Both the position numbers and the translations under genes were made by a program. A stretch of 48,575 bases of DNA from a virus (lineage: Duplodnaviria; Heunggongvirae; Uroviricota; Caudoviricetes). The stretch covers positions 1-48,575 of the IMG/VR virus record IMGVR_UViG_2582581022_000007, one strand, 5' to 3'. The notes beneath the pieces were generated by a model that saw nothing but the letters and a program-made list of their open reading frames with translations, did not search any database and was not told the DNA's origin. Position 1 is the first letter of the stretch. Every line of letters begins with the position of its first letter. Shown here piece by piece: positions 27,802-36,405 of this stretch.

Positions 27802-28206
27802 ATGTCAGCCCAGCTAACCAGTGAGTCTTTAAATCAGTGGCTTAGTATGGGTTCTCTGGCTGCAGTGATCGCAGGAGTTCCACCAGAGGTGGCGCTTGGT
27901 GCTTTATCAGGTGCGGTAATATTTATTACCTCAGCCGTTGAGTATCCAATACGCCGTCGGGTTCTCCTGTCGATGCTCAGCTTCCTCTGCGGGCTTCTAT
28001 TCTACAAACCAACTGCATCAATCCTTATCGGCGTAGCCAGCCTGATCCCAACTATCACGCAGGACTCTTTCGAGAAAGGGATCGTCTTCTCTGCTGGCGC
28101 GTTCGTGTCGGCAATCGTCGCAGTACGTATTGGTATCTGGCTCTATCACCGTTCCGACAATCCACGCGATTTAATCCCGGGGAGAAAAGACGATGACAAC
28201 TCATGA
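27802..28206 (+). CDS. holin (putative), multi-pass membrane protein
   Basis: ~134 aa with several hydrophobic segments and charged C-terminus, first gene of lysis cassette. Confidence 0.5.
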   Translation: MSAQLTSESLNQWLSMGSLAAVIAGVPPEVALGALSGAVIFITSAVEYPIRRRVLLSMLSFLCGLLFYKPTASILIGVASLIPTITQDSFEKGIVFSAGAFVSAIVAVRIGIWLYHRSDNPRDLIPGRKDDDNS

Positions 28207-28498
28207 GCTGCTTTTACTGATTGCCAATGCGGTTATCTGTTCAGCTATAGCAATCCGCGTCGGTACATTCAGGCGTAATGGATCGCAACACCGCCGGTGG
28301 GGTGGGTGGATAGCCTACTTCCTTATCGTGGCATCAGCCAGCATCCCCGTCCGGGCTGCATATGCAATCTGGTATCACACACCAATGTCCGCTGATTTAT
28401 CAGAGGTCATCATCAATGCTGTCATGCTTGCCGCCGTTCTGAAGACGCGCGGTAACGTCGTGCAGATATTCAAAATATCGAGGTCTCAACATGAGTGA
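28193..28498 (+). CDS. second small membrane protein of lysis cassette (holin/antiholin-like)
   Basis: 101 aa, hydrophobic segments, GGAGAAAAGACG-ATG RBS, overlaps neighbours. Confidence 0.45.
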   Translation: MTTHELLLLIANAVICSAIAIRVGTFRRNGSQHRRWGGWIAYFLIVASASIPVRAAYAIWYHTPMSADLSEVIINAVMLAAVLKTRGNVVQIFKISRSQHE

Positions 28499-28970
28499 AC
28501 TTGCATGGATTTCTGAAGGAAGAAAATATATAGGGCAACTGGAAATCAAAGGCCCTCGTCATAATCCTCTAATTCTCCAGTTCTGGAAGGATATTAAACG
28601 AGGTGGTATCAAAGATGATGAAACGCCATGGTGTGCTGCATACGTCGGATCAATGCTCGAGCGTGTCGGAATCAAATCAACCCGTTTCGAGTCTGCAAAA
28701 TCTTACCTCAACTGGGGCGTCGAAATTAGCGAACCAGCTTATGGGTGTGTAGTGGTATTCAATCGTGACGGTGGCGGACATGTCGGGTTTGTTGTCGGAC
28801 AGCAACAGAACGGTGACCTGATGGTGCTGGGCGGTAATCAGTCAGATGCCATCAATATTCGTGCATTTTCACGCTCCCGTGTCACCGGTTACCGCTGGCC
28901 TGTTAATGTTGCCAAGGACAACAGGAAGTTACCTTTAATGACCGGCTCATTATCGGTGAGTGAATCATGA
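28491..28970 (+). CDS. endolysin (putative CHAP/NlpC-P60-like peptidoglycan hydrolase)
   Basis: Cys...His motifs (ETPWCAAYV ... GGHVGFVV) typical of CHAP-type hydrolases; between holin-like genes and spanins. Confidence 0.55.
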   Translation: MSELAWISEGRKYIGQLEIKGPRHNPLILQFWKDIKRGGIKDDETPWCAAYVGSMLERVGIKSTRFESAKSYLNWGVEISEPAYGCVVVFNRDGGGHVGFVVGQQQNGDLMVLGGNQSDAINIRAFSRSRVTGYRWPVNVAKDNRKLPLMTGSLSVSES

Positions 28971-29449
28971 TCAGAGCATTCATGAAAGCGTACTGGAAAC
29001 AGTTGCTTATCGTGGCGATGCTTGCTGCTCTGGTGATCGTCGGCGTTGTTGCCTGGAATGTTCATGGCAGCCGACAGTATGACGCCGGGTATGCGCAGGC
29101 AAAGACAGACCGTAAAACCGAAGATGATAAAGCTCGTCAGCACGACGAACAGGAGAAAGCAATCAATGAACGTAAAGCGCAGCAGAGGATCGACCAGGCG
29201 CGCAATGATGCTCTTGATGCTGCCGCTCGCGCTGGCAGGTTGCAGCAACAGCTCGTTGCCATCCGTGAGCAGCTCAGGCAGTATAACGCCATTGTCGGCG
29301 CTGGGCCGTCAGCCGCAGACACCGGTGTTTTGCTTGCCGACTTGCTCAGCAAATCTCTCGAGCGAAACCGACAACTGGCAGAGTACGCTGATCGGGCAGC
29401 CGAAGCAGGAAGAGTCTGTGAAAAGCAGTACGATTCGCTGACCAGGTGA
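28967..29449 (+). CDS. i-spanin (Rz-like)
   Basis: N-terminal transmembrane segment (LLIVAMLAALVIVGVVAW) then coiled-coil; contains embedded o-spanin in +1 frame. Confidence 0.7.
   Translation: MIRAFMKAYWKQLLIVAMLAALVIVGVVAWNVHGSRQYDAGYAQAKTDRKTEDDKARQHDEQEKAINERKAQQRIDQARNDALDAAARAGRLQQQLVAIREQLRQYNAIVGAGPSAADTGVLLADLLSKSLERNRQLAEYADRAAEAGRVCEKQYDSLTR
29205..29441 (+). CDS. o-spanin (Rz1-like lipoprotein) embedded within Rz gene
   Basis: MMLLMLPLALAGCSNSS lipobox, Pro-rich mature part, fully inside Rz in a different frame. Confidence 0.65.
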   Translation: MMLLMLPLALAGCSNSSLPSVSSSGSITPLSALGRQPQTPVFCLPTCSANLSSETDNWQSTLIGQPKQEESVKSSTIR

Positions 29450-29622
29450 CATGGCATTTTTCATGGTACTGATTTCCGGCGACGGTATATAAAACGGTAT
29501 TGGAAATTTTGTTTCTTTAAAAGTTGTTGTCAGTCAATTACTTATGTTGTCCGTAAATAATTGAGTGGGAATGATTTAACGTCTGGCAACAGCCTGCACG
29601 TAAAAGCAGTAAAGTACCTCTA

Positions 29623-29654
29623 AGCCCGCGTAACTGCGGGCTTTTTTGTTTTTG
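29623..29654 (+). terminator. rho-independent terminator after lysis cassette
   Basis: AGCCCGC-gtaact-GCGGGCT + TTTTTTGTTTTTG. Confidence 0.75.
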
Positions 29655-29880
29655 TATCTGGCACTTTCTGGCAGCTGTTAGCAACGGGAAGCACGGTTTT
29701 TTCAATGGAATTTTTGATGGTACTCTCTGGTTTCGAATTCAGGTTTGAAAAAGTACCATGTGATAAATTTCGGTTGAGTTATGGTATTTATTTTTTATAA
29801 CTCAATTAAAAACAGAGAGTTAAACAAGTTTTCTGAATTTTTTACAACATGGTATTTTTGATAAAGGAAAACAATAAAAC

Positions 29881-31071
29881 ATGTTGACTGACACCAGGCT
29901 GCGTCACCTTAAGCCGAAGGAGAAACTCTATAAAGTTAATGACCGTGATGGTCTGTATGTTGCGGTCACTCCGGCTGGAACTATTTCATTTCGTTATAAC
30001 TATTCAATAAACGGAAGACAGGAGACCGTTACTTTTGGCCGCTATGGTGTTGGAGGGATCACGCTTGCAGAAGCGCGTGAACGGCTCAATGAAGCTAAAA
30101 AAATGGTTGCCAGTGGAAGATCGCCAGCGAGGGAAAAAGCTAGAGATAAAGCTCGTATCAAAGATGCGGAGACTTTTGGTGCATGGGCTGAGAAATGGTT
30201 ACGCGGTTATCAAATGGCTGAATCGACGCGTGATATGCGGCGTTCGGTATATCAAAGGGAGTTGAAGTCAAAATTTGCGCAGCAGAAATTGACCGAGATT
30301 ACACATGAAGACTTACGCGCATTAACCGATAACATTGTCGAGAGAGGGGCACCGGCGACAGCTGTGCACGCCAGAGAGATTGTATTGCAAGTCTATCGCT
30401 GGGCTATTGAGCGCGGTCAGAAGGTTGAGAATCCCGCTGATCTGGTACGGCCTGCAAGCATAGCGAAATTTGAGCCTCGTGACAGGGCATTGACGCCAGT
30501 TGAAATTGGTCTGATGTATCGGTACATGGAACGGGTAGGAACGACGCCATCAATCAGAGCAGCGGTTAAACTTTTGCTGTTAACGATGGTACGTAAAAGT
30601 GAGCTTACTAACGCAACCTGGAACGAGATCAATTTTAGTGAGGCATTATGGACGATACCAAAGGAGAGGATGAAACGACGTAATCCACATTTGGTTTTTC
30701 TTTCCAGACAGGCAATGGATATTATGATTGCTCTCAAAACCTTTGCCGGTAGCTCTGATTTTATCCTTCCTTCGCGGTACGATTCCGATGCGCCAATGAG
30801 TAGCGCTACTTTAAACCGGGTTTTGACACTGACGTATCGTCTGGCTCAGAAAGAAGGGGACTTGTTACCTAAGTTTGGTCCCCATGACTTACGGCGTACT
30901 GCCAGCACCTTGCTACATGAGGCCGGGTACAATACTGACTGGATTGAGAAGTGCCTTGCCCATGAACAAAAGGGGGTACGAGCTGTTTATAACAAGGCTG
31001 AATATCGTGAGCAGAGGGCCGAGATGCTACAAGATTGGGCGAATATGATTGATGAATGGACTAGTAAGTAG
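29881..31071 (+). CDS. int: tyrosine recombinase/integrase, P4-type
   Basis: N-terminal arm-binding-like region (RLRHLKPKEKLYKVNDRDGLYVAV); C-terminal catalytic signature HDLRRTASTLLHEAGY...CLAHEQKGVRAVYNKAEY. Confidence 0.9.
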   Translation: MLTDTRLRHLKPKEKLYKVNDRDGLYVAVTPAGTISFRYNYSINGRQETVTFGRYGVGGITLAEARERLNEAKKMVASGRSPAREKARDKARIKDAETFGAWAEKWLRGYQMAESTRDMRRSVYQRELKSKFAQQKLTEITHEDLRALTDNIVERGAPATAVHAREIVLQVYRWAIERGQKVENPADLVRPASIAKFEPRDRALTPVEIGLMYRYMERVGTTPSIRAAVKLLLLTMVRKSELTNATWNEINFSEALWTIPKERMKRRNPHLVFLSRQAMDIMIALKTFAGSSDFILPSRYDSDAPMSSATLNRVLTLTYRLAQKEGDLLPKFGPHDLRRTASTLLHEAGYNTDWIEKCLAHEQKGVRAVYNKAEYREQRAEMLQDWANMIDEWTSK

Positions 31072-31125
31072 TTAATAATCAGTGATTTAAGTGGATATAC
31101 TTCTTTTATCTACGCCAGGAGAGCA

Positions 31126-31142
31126 ATTTTAGCCGCTAAAAT
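31126..31142. promoter_or_regulatory. 17-bp perfect palindrome ATTTTAGCCGCTAAAAT (KorB operator-like), copy 1
   Basis: Matches the TTTAGC(C/G)GCTAAA IncP KorB operator consensus as I recall it; ~55 bp upstream of gene 31195. Confidence 0.5.
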
Positions 31143-31194
31143 TTACTGAATCTTTACTGGTTTTATCTGGATTGCATAAAAAGGAAAAATAAAA

Positions 31195-31824
31195 GTGCCT
31201 GAGTTGTCTGTAATTATACAATGGATGAATCAATACCCTAAGACCGGCTGGCTATTGCTGTGTATCTATATTGCACTCGGTGTAGTTCGTCACAGAGTAA
31301 TTAATGCTGAATCTGGAAGTGTATTTCGTGGACTACTCAATCTTAGGAAGCGCCGGCTAGAGCAAATGCTGACACAGCCATATTTGAATAAAAATGCGGT
31401 CCGTCTGGCAAAGCGTGAGCTTCGTCAGCGCAGCCTTTATCGGCTCACAGGCTTGTATAATTATCGGCTGCAGGATTTGGCTGTAATAATGTGTGATCGT
31501 TATGGGTTGCGGGCTGGTTATCTCAAGCCGTGGCGTAACTGGCTCGAAGAACGGGATGGACGGATTGTGTTCAACAGGAAATGGCATTGTTTTCGCTGGC
31601 GTCTTTTTCTGGTAGGTCAGATTGTAAACACAGTTCTACTAATCTTATTCATTATGTATATAGTTTCTCATTCTTCGGCCGAAATGATCGCACCGCTTAT
31701 GTTACTCTTCATGCTTGTATGGTGGTTTCCTTGGCTAATGATCACCTCGGTACCTACCCCTAGGTGGACTCGCGAAATGGAAGTCTATCTTGAGAAATTT
31801 AACGCTGAACAGACCATGGTTTAA
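31195..31824 (+). CDS. hypothetical membrane protein
   Basis: 209 aa, several hydrophobic segments; GTG start with AAGGA RBS; flanked by palindrome copies 1 and 2. Confidence 0.45.
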   Translation: MPELSVIIQWMNQYPKTGWLLLCIYIALGVVRHRVINAESGSVFRGLLNLRKRRLEQMLTQPYLNKNAVRLAKRELRQRSLYRLTGLYNYRLQDLAVIMCDRYGLRAGYLKPWRNWLEERDGRIVFNRKWHCFRWRLFLVGQIVNTVLLILFIMYIVSHSSAEMIAPLMLLFMLVWWFPWLMITSVPTPRWTREMEVYLEKFNAEQTMV

Positions 31825-31961
31825 ACTGTTCTTTGTTACCATGCATTCAGAGTGAATTGTCAGAGTTTTGGAAGATTCCATCCTACGAGTAATACTCACA
31901 AGGTAATTCACATAATCAATAGGTTAAGTCATAAGCTTCTTGACCCTACATGAGAAGACGA

Positions 31962-31978
31962 ATTTTAGCTGCTAAAAG
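31962..31978. promoter_or_regulatory. KorB operator-like palindrome, copy 2 (ATTTTAGCTGCTAAAAG)
   Basis: One central and one terminal mismatch; flanking ~15 bp also resemble copy 1. Confidence 0.4.
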
Positions 31979-32401
31979 TTTGGGCATATTTGGACTTAAA
32001 TGCCACCGACATGATTCTAATAATTAAGCCAGTACCTAATGAGCCAAGAGAAGACAACTGTAAACGCCCCTTGGCTTAGACTTGCTTTCAGGAAAGCGAA
32101 TGCTTTTTATGGTCAGGGACAAGTAAGGGGATGAGCCATTGCATAACCATAAAACCAATTCGTTCTATGTCATTACAGATCGGCTTCAGTGATTTACTGG
32201 TGAGGTAGTATCACTGTGATCCGTTTTGCATAACGCTTACAGCTGCGCTACAAACAATAAACTATAATACTGTATTTTCAAAATCATCAATTTGAAGCAG
32301 GGTAATCGCGAAAAACCCTCGTAAGTGGCTGGTTATAATTCAATAAAGTGGATGATATTAAGACTTAAACTGCCACCATAATAGCTCGTGGATATACTAT
32401 T

Positions 32402-33373
32402 TTAAATATAAAATTCTTTCCTCACAGACGCTAAGGCCTTGGACACAGCCTGCTTTGTCATAGTTGTGTAGTGATTTTTTTCTAAAACCTGTGCGGTTTC
32501 AAACTGGTTAAAACCTTGGTGTTTTAATATGATTATTTTTTTCTTAGTATCAGTGAATTTGGAGTCAACCATTCGTCTGGCAATATTCCTAAGTTTATCT
32601 AGATCTGCTGGGGTTAAAGTTTGACCCTGCATCCACTCATGAAAATAGGTATCAATCAATATATCCCCTGTGTTTGCGTTAGCTTTATGCGGTTTAGCGC
32701 ATTGCCGTCTAAGCCTTATTAATTCTTTATTGAACTGTTCGAGAGACCGCTTTCCTTGTCTGTATTTGGGATTCCATAGACCATTGGTGAGTTTGGGCCT
32801 ATGGTCAGAACAATATCGATGACTAAGGACCTGTTTTTCATGAACGGGGAACTCATTATCGTTAGCAACAAATTCTGATATCTCACTGATCAACTTGGAA
32901 AATTCGGTTAGATTACCGCAGAACTCGCAATAACCGAGCTTACGCTGTGAATTTATAGTTACTCCTTTTGCAGGAGAGGATTTCTTCGGCCGCTTGGATG
33001 CGCACTCACTGACTAATTCAATAAGAGACTCAATCGTAGCGGTAAAGCATTTATCAAGAGAAGTTTGTTGATCTAAAGTCAGAACGAAATTACGCAAAAG
33101 AAGTCTTTGTGCCTGTACTACGACGTTTAAGCCCACTTTTTTAAGTACATCACTAAATCCTAGATTTACTCCAGAAATGTAGTCTTTATGACTTGGTGGC
33201 AGGGAATTTACATAAGCAGCTACTGCTGGATCAATAACTTCCTGTATGAGACGCAGTATTGGATACCTCCGTGAAAATATGGAGTACGGATAACTACGCT
33301 CTACAAATAATTTAATTGCAGCTGCAACTGTGAGGTCACAGCCTTCCCAGATAGTAATTTTCATGTCAACCAT
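32402..33373 (-). CDS. hypothetical regulator-like protein with Cys/His cluster and C-terminal HTH-like segment
   Basis: AT-rich ORF divergent from alpA; CEFCGN...CSDH cluster; start set at first ATG not overlapping alpA; no convincing RBS. Confidence 0.4.
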   Translation of the reverse strand: MVDMKITIWEGCDLTVAAAIKLFVERSYPYSIFSRRYPILRLIQEVIDPAVAAYVNSLPPSHKDYISGVNLGFSDVLKKVGLNVVVQAQRLLLRNFVLTLDQQTSLDKCFTATIESLIELVSECASKRPKKSSPAKGVTINSQRKLGYCEFCGNLTEFSKLISEISEFVANDNEFPVHEKQVLSHRYCSDHRPKLTNGLWNPKYRQGKRSLEQFNKELIRLRRQCAKPHKANANTGDILIDTYFHEWMQGQTLTPADLDKLRNIARRMVDSKFTDTKKKIIILKHQGFNQFETAQVLEKNHYTTMTKQAVSKALASVRKEFYI

Positions 33374-33450
33374 TTTAGCCAATGAATAGGTTTTAGCAAG
33401 TGGTAATGCTTGGCATTGTATAGGCCTGATTGGAAACAGGAGGAAGGCAG

Positions 33451-33681
33451 ATGCAAACAAAGGCACATAGCACGCTCATTAACAGAAAAACACTTCTGGA
33501 AATGATCCCATTGTCAGCCCGCACTATTTATAACCTTGAACAGCGAGGCGAGTTTCCTCGCCGTATAGCACTTACTAGTCGAAATGTTGCATGGCAGTTA
33601 TCCGAAGTGGAACAGTGGATTGCGGATCGTAAATCAGCAATGTTTAAAGCGGCCAGACCCGGTGTTGTTTTAGGTAGGTAA
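33451..33681 (+). CDS. alpA: AlpA-family transcriptional regulator (prophage CP4-57 regulatory protein type)
   Basis: ~76 aa with LLEMIPLSARTIYNLEQRGEFPRRI HTH; AGGAGGAAGG RBS before ATG 33451. Confidence 0.75.
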   Translation: MQTKAHSTLINRKTLLEMIPLSARTIYNLEQRGEFPRRIALTSRNVAWQLSEVEQWIADRKSAMFKAARPGVVLGR

Positions 33682-33686
33682 CAGCA

Positions 33687-34544
33687 ATGTCATTGAACAT
33701 AATGGAAGCATTTGAAGCTAAGCCACAACCAATTGATTACGTCTTGCCTAATTTGGCTATTGGTACTATCGGAGCGATTGTTTCTCCGGGAGGCGCTGGA
33801 AAGTCAATGCTGGCATTACAATTGGCTGTGCAGATTACTTGTGGTGTAGATCTTTTAAACTTTGGTGAATATCCGACTGGGTTGGTGGCATATTTACCTG
33901 TGGAGGACTCTGAAACCATCGTTCACCATCGTTTATATGCGTTGGGAAAATATCTAACAGCACGTCAGCAGCAGATTGTAGCTGATAAGCTACTGGTCGA
34001 ACCTTTGGTAGGGAAGTGTCCAAATATTTTCTTGCCGGATTGGAGCAACTTGATCAATGAAGTTTCAAAAGGTAGACGTTTAATAATTTTGGATACTCTT
34101 CGCCGTTTCCACCAGGAGGATGAGAATAATAGCGCAGCAATGTCCAAAGTCATTGGAAAGCTAGAAGGTATTGCTGCTGATACTGGATGTTCGATTATAT
34201 TTCTACACCATTCAAACAAAGGCGCTGCCACGATGGGGGTTGGTGATATACAGCAGGCAAGCAGGGGTAGTAGCGTCCTGGTTGATAATATACGGTGGCA
34301 ATCTTATCTGGCGGGCATGACCGCCTTGGAAGCGAAGACGTATGGTATTTCTGATGATGTTCGAGGTCAATTTGTTAGATTTGGAATAAATAAAGTAAAT
34401 TATGGAGAACGTGCGCCAGATCGTTGGTTACAGAGACATGAGGGGGGAGTATTAAAAATAACGGCGCTCAGCTCGAAGAATAATAAAAAGCTTACTAAAG
34501 AAAGAACATCTACCTGGAGTGGCGCTGACAATGACAACTGGTAA
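33687..34544 (+). CDS. RecA-fold P-loop ATPase (AAA_25/RepA-like)
   Basis: Walker A IVSPGGAGKSMLALQLA, Walker B-like RLIILDTL, IIFLHHSNK; typical partner of alpA in integrative islands. Confidence 0.6.
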   Translation: MSLNIMEAFEAKPQPIDYVLPNLAIGTIGAIVSPGGAGKSMLALQLAVQITCGVDLLNFGEYPTGLVAYLPVEDSETIVHHRLYALGKYLTARQQQIVADKLLVEPLVGKCPNIFLPDWSNLINEVSKGRRLIILDTLRRFHQEDENNSAAMSKVIGKLEGIAADTGCSIIFLHHSNKGAATMGVGDIQQASRGSSVLVDNIRWQSYLAGMTALEAKTYGISDDVRGQFVRFGINKVNYGERAPDRWLQRHEGGVLKITALSSKNNKKLTKERTSTWSGADNDNW

Positions 34545-35313
34545 TAAAGTGGCACCCACAAGTACAGCTTGGCAAGCCCGAGTAATTCTGTACCAGCCAA
34601 GCCAGCGTCCTAAGGAGGTGAAGGGACAATGGATGGAGACTAGTTTTGGTCGTTGTCGTGTTACCGGACGGCTCGGACAGCGTCATGCCGATATCGTAGA
34701 GACAATATTATATGTTGCCGAGCAACGTCGTGAAATTTCTGATGGTGGAATCGAATTATTAGTAGATCCAGCGAAAGTACGCCGAACGCTATCCGATGCA
34801 CAATACAGTTATGGTCGTATACAGAAATTGCTTTTAGATCTGCGCGTCGCAACAGTTGAAATTATAACGCCAGAGCTGGAGAAAAGCGGCGACTGTATAA
34901 TAGGGGGACTGATCGATCATGTAGTGCCATCACCTATGACGCGTCCAGATCCTTTGACTGGGGGAGAACGCCGTTTATGGCGTGTCCGTCTGGGTGTTGC
35001 ATTAGCGATGTTACTCAAAAAAGATTTGCCATTTTATTATCATCCTGGCCCCATAGCTCGGCTACAACATGGTATTAGCCAGGCAGTCGCTCGTCATGTC
35101 TTAACCCATAGTAATAATCCTTTAGGAGGGTGGTATATGGATACGTTGATATTAGCAGTATGCGGTGAAGGAACGAGTAATATGACTTTACGTAACTATC
35201 GTCGGAGATTGAAAGAAGATTCCGTGCAATTGCTGGAAATTGGAATTGATTTGAACGGTTCTAGGATAAAACGTGTCACAACGGCCCGATATTGTGTCAC
35301 AACGGCCCGATAG
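34519..35313 (+). CDS. hypothetical protein, possibly replication-associated (3' end overlaps iteron array)
   Basis: 264-aa ORF; last ~40 nt lie within 21-bp iterons; start codon uncertain (GTG 34519 or ATG 34531). Confidence 0.35.
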   Translation: MALTMTTGNKVAPTSTAWQARVILYQPSQRPKEVKGQWMETSFGRCRVTGRLGQRHADIVETILYVAEQRREISDGGIELLVDPAKVRRTLSDAQYSYGRIQKLLLDLRVATVEIITPELEKSGDCIIGGLIDHVVPSPMTRPDPLTGGERRLWRVRLGVALAMLLKKDLPFYYHPGPIARLQHGISQAVARHVLTHSNNPLGGWYMDTLILAVCGEGTSNMTLRNYRRRLKEDSVQLLEIGIDLNGSRIKRVTTARYCVTTAR

Positions 35314-35356
35314 CGTGTTATAGCGGCCCGGTAGCGTGCTACAGCGGCCCGATTTT
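35273..35356. repeat. iteron-like array, 4 tandem 21-bp repeats (GTGTCACAACGGCCCGATATT and variants)
   Basis: Units at 35273, 35294, 35315, 35336 share GTG-yyAyAgCGGCCCGrTa core; followed by AT-rich region with GATC sites. Confidence 0.7.
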
Positions 35357-35564
35357 TTACTATTCAGCAGTATTTACAGGATCGTTCAGGATCTACAGTC
35401 TTTGAAATCACCTGCCTGAGCAGGCGCTTTCAAATCTAGAATCGGCCAAAGGCCGATGGTTGTACGCCAGAAGAAGAGATTACTTACTCGTTTGGTATAT
35501 TGACACTTGAGGTAGGTTTTATGACATATGAGGTACGCCCCTAGCTTTAGGCATAGGGAGGAAG

Positions 35565-35581
35565 ATTTTAGCCGCTAAAAT
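35565..35581. promoter_or_regulatory. KorB operator-like perfect palindrome ATTTTAGCCGCTAAAAT, copy 3
   Basis: Identical 17-mer to copy 1; ~400 bp upstream of mobC-like gene. Confidence 0.5.
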
Positions 35582-35970
35582 CTGCAATGCACATGCTTTG
35601 ACAATGTAAGTAAAAAAGTGCATGAGAAAATAAAATATTTCTTACAATATATCGAAACATAAATACAGTTGGTGGACGCCCATTTATAACTACTAAAGGT
35701 CATTTTCAAAAGGGAGAAATATAGTTTCCTTGCAAGAAACACATTTGCTGCAGATCTTTACCCGAGTAATCCTATATTAATACGCTAAGAAAACACATCC
35801 TGTACACTGAAATACACATTGATGTGCACAGATATACTACGGCAACAGGAGGGCAGGACATGTAAAGTAGGCCCACCGCTACGGTGTTCCAACTTTACCA
35901 CTCCCTATTCGCCGCATCGCGGCTCAAGGGCGTCCTGCTCTGCCAGGCTACCGCCTGTATGGAGAGCTAT

Positions 35971-36324
35971 ATGAAAGTTACTCAGACTAGAAAAAATAGT
36001 ACGCCAATAAAAGTTTATTGTTTACCCGAAGAAAAAATTCTCATCCAAGAAAATGCAGAAGCATCTGGATTAAGTGTTGCCTGTTTTGTTCGTAGAGTTG
36101 CAATGGGTTATCAGGTTGATTCTATCGTAGATATAAAACAGGTTAATGAACTTAGCCGAGTAAACGCTGATCTTGGAAGACTTGGCGGATTACTTAAATT
36201 ATGGCTCGCAAATGATCCTCGAACAGTTGATTTTTCACCCACCCTGATAAGAACCTTGCTTGCGAAAATAGAATCAACTCGGCAAGAACTAAGGAACATT
36301 ATGGATAAAATCTTGGATAAATAA
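35971..36324 (+). CDS. MobC-like ribbon-helix-helix mobilisation accessory protein (putative)
   Basis: 117 aa from ATG 35971 (GGAGAG RBS); IKVYCLPEEKILIQENAEASGLSVACFVRRVAMG resembles relaxosome RHH proteins. Confidence 0.45.
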   Translation: MKVTQTRKNSTPIKVYCLPEEKILIQENAEASGLSVACFVRRVAMGYQVDSIVDIKQVNELSRVNADLGRLGGLLKLWLANDPRTVDFSPTLIRTLLAKIESTRQELRNIMDKILDK

Positions 36325-36405
36325 ATGTGTGGTTTCCTATATACCTGCGTCTGTTAAAAGACAGTGTGTTAAATATTACTGAACTGATGAAAAAGAGGTG
36401 AGCAA

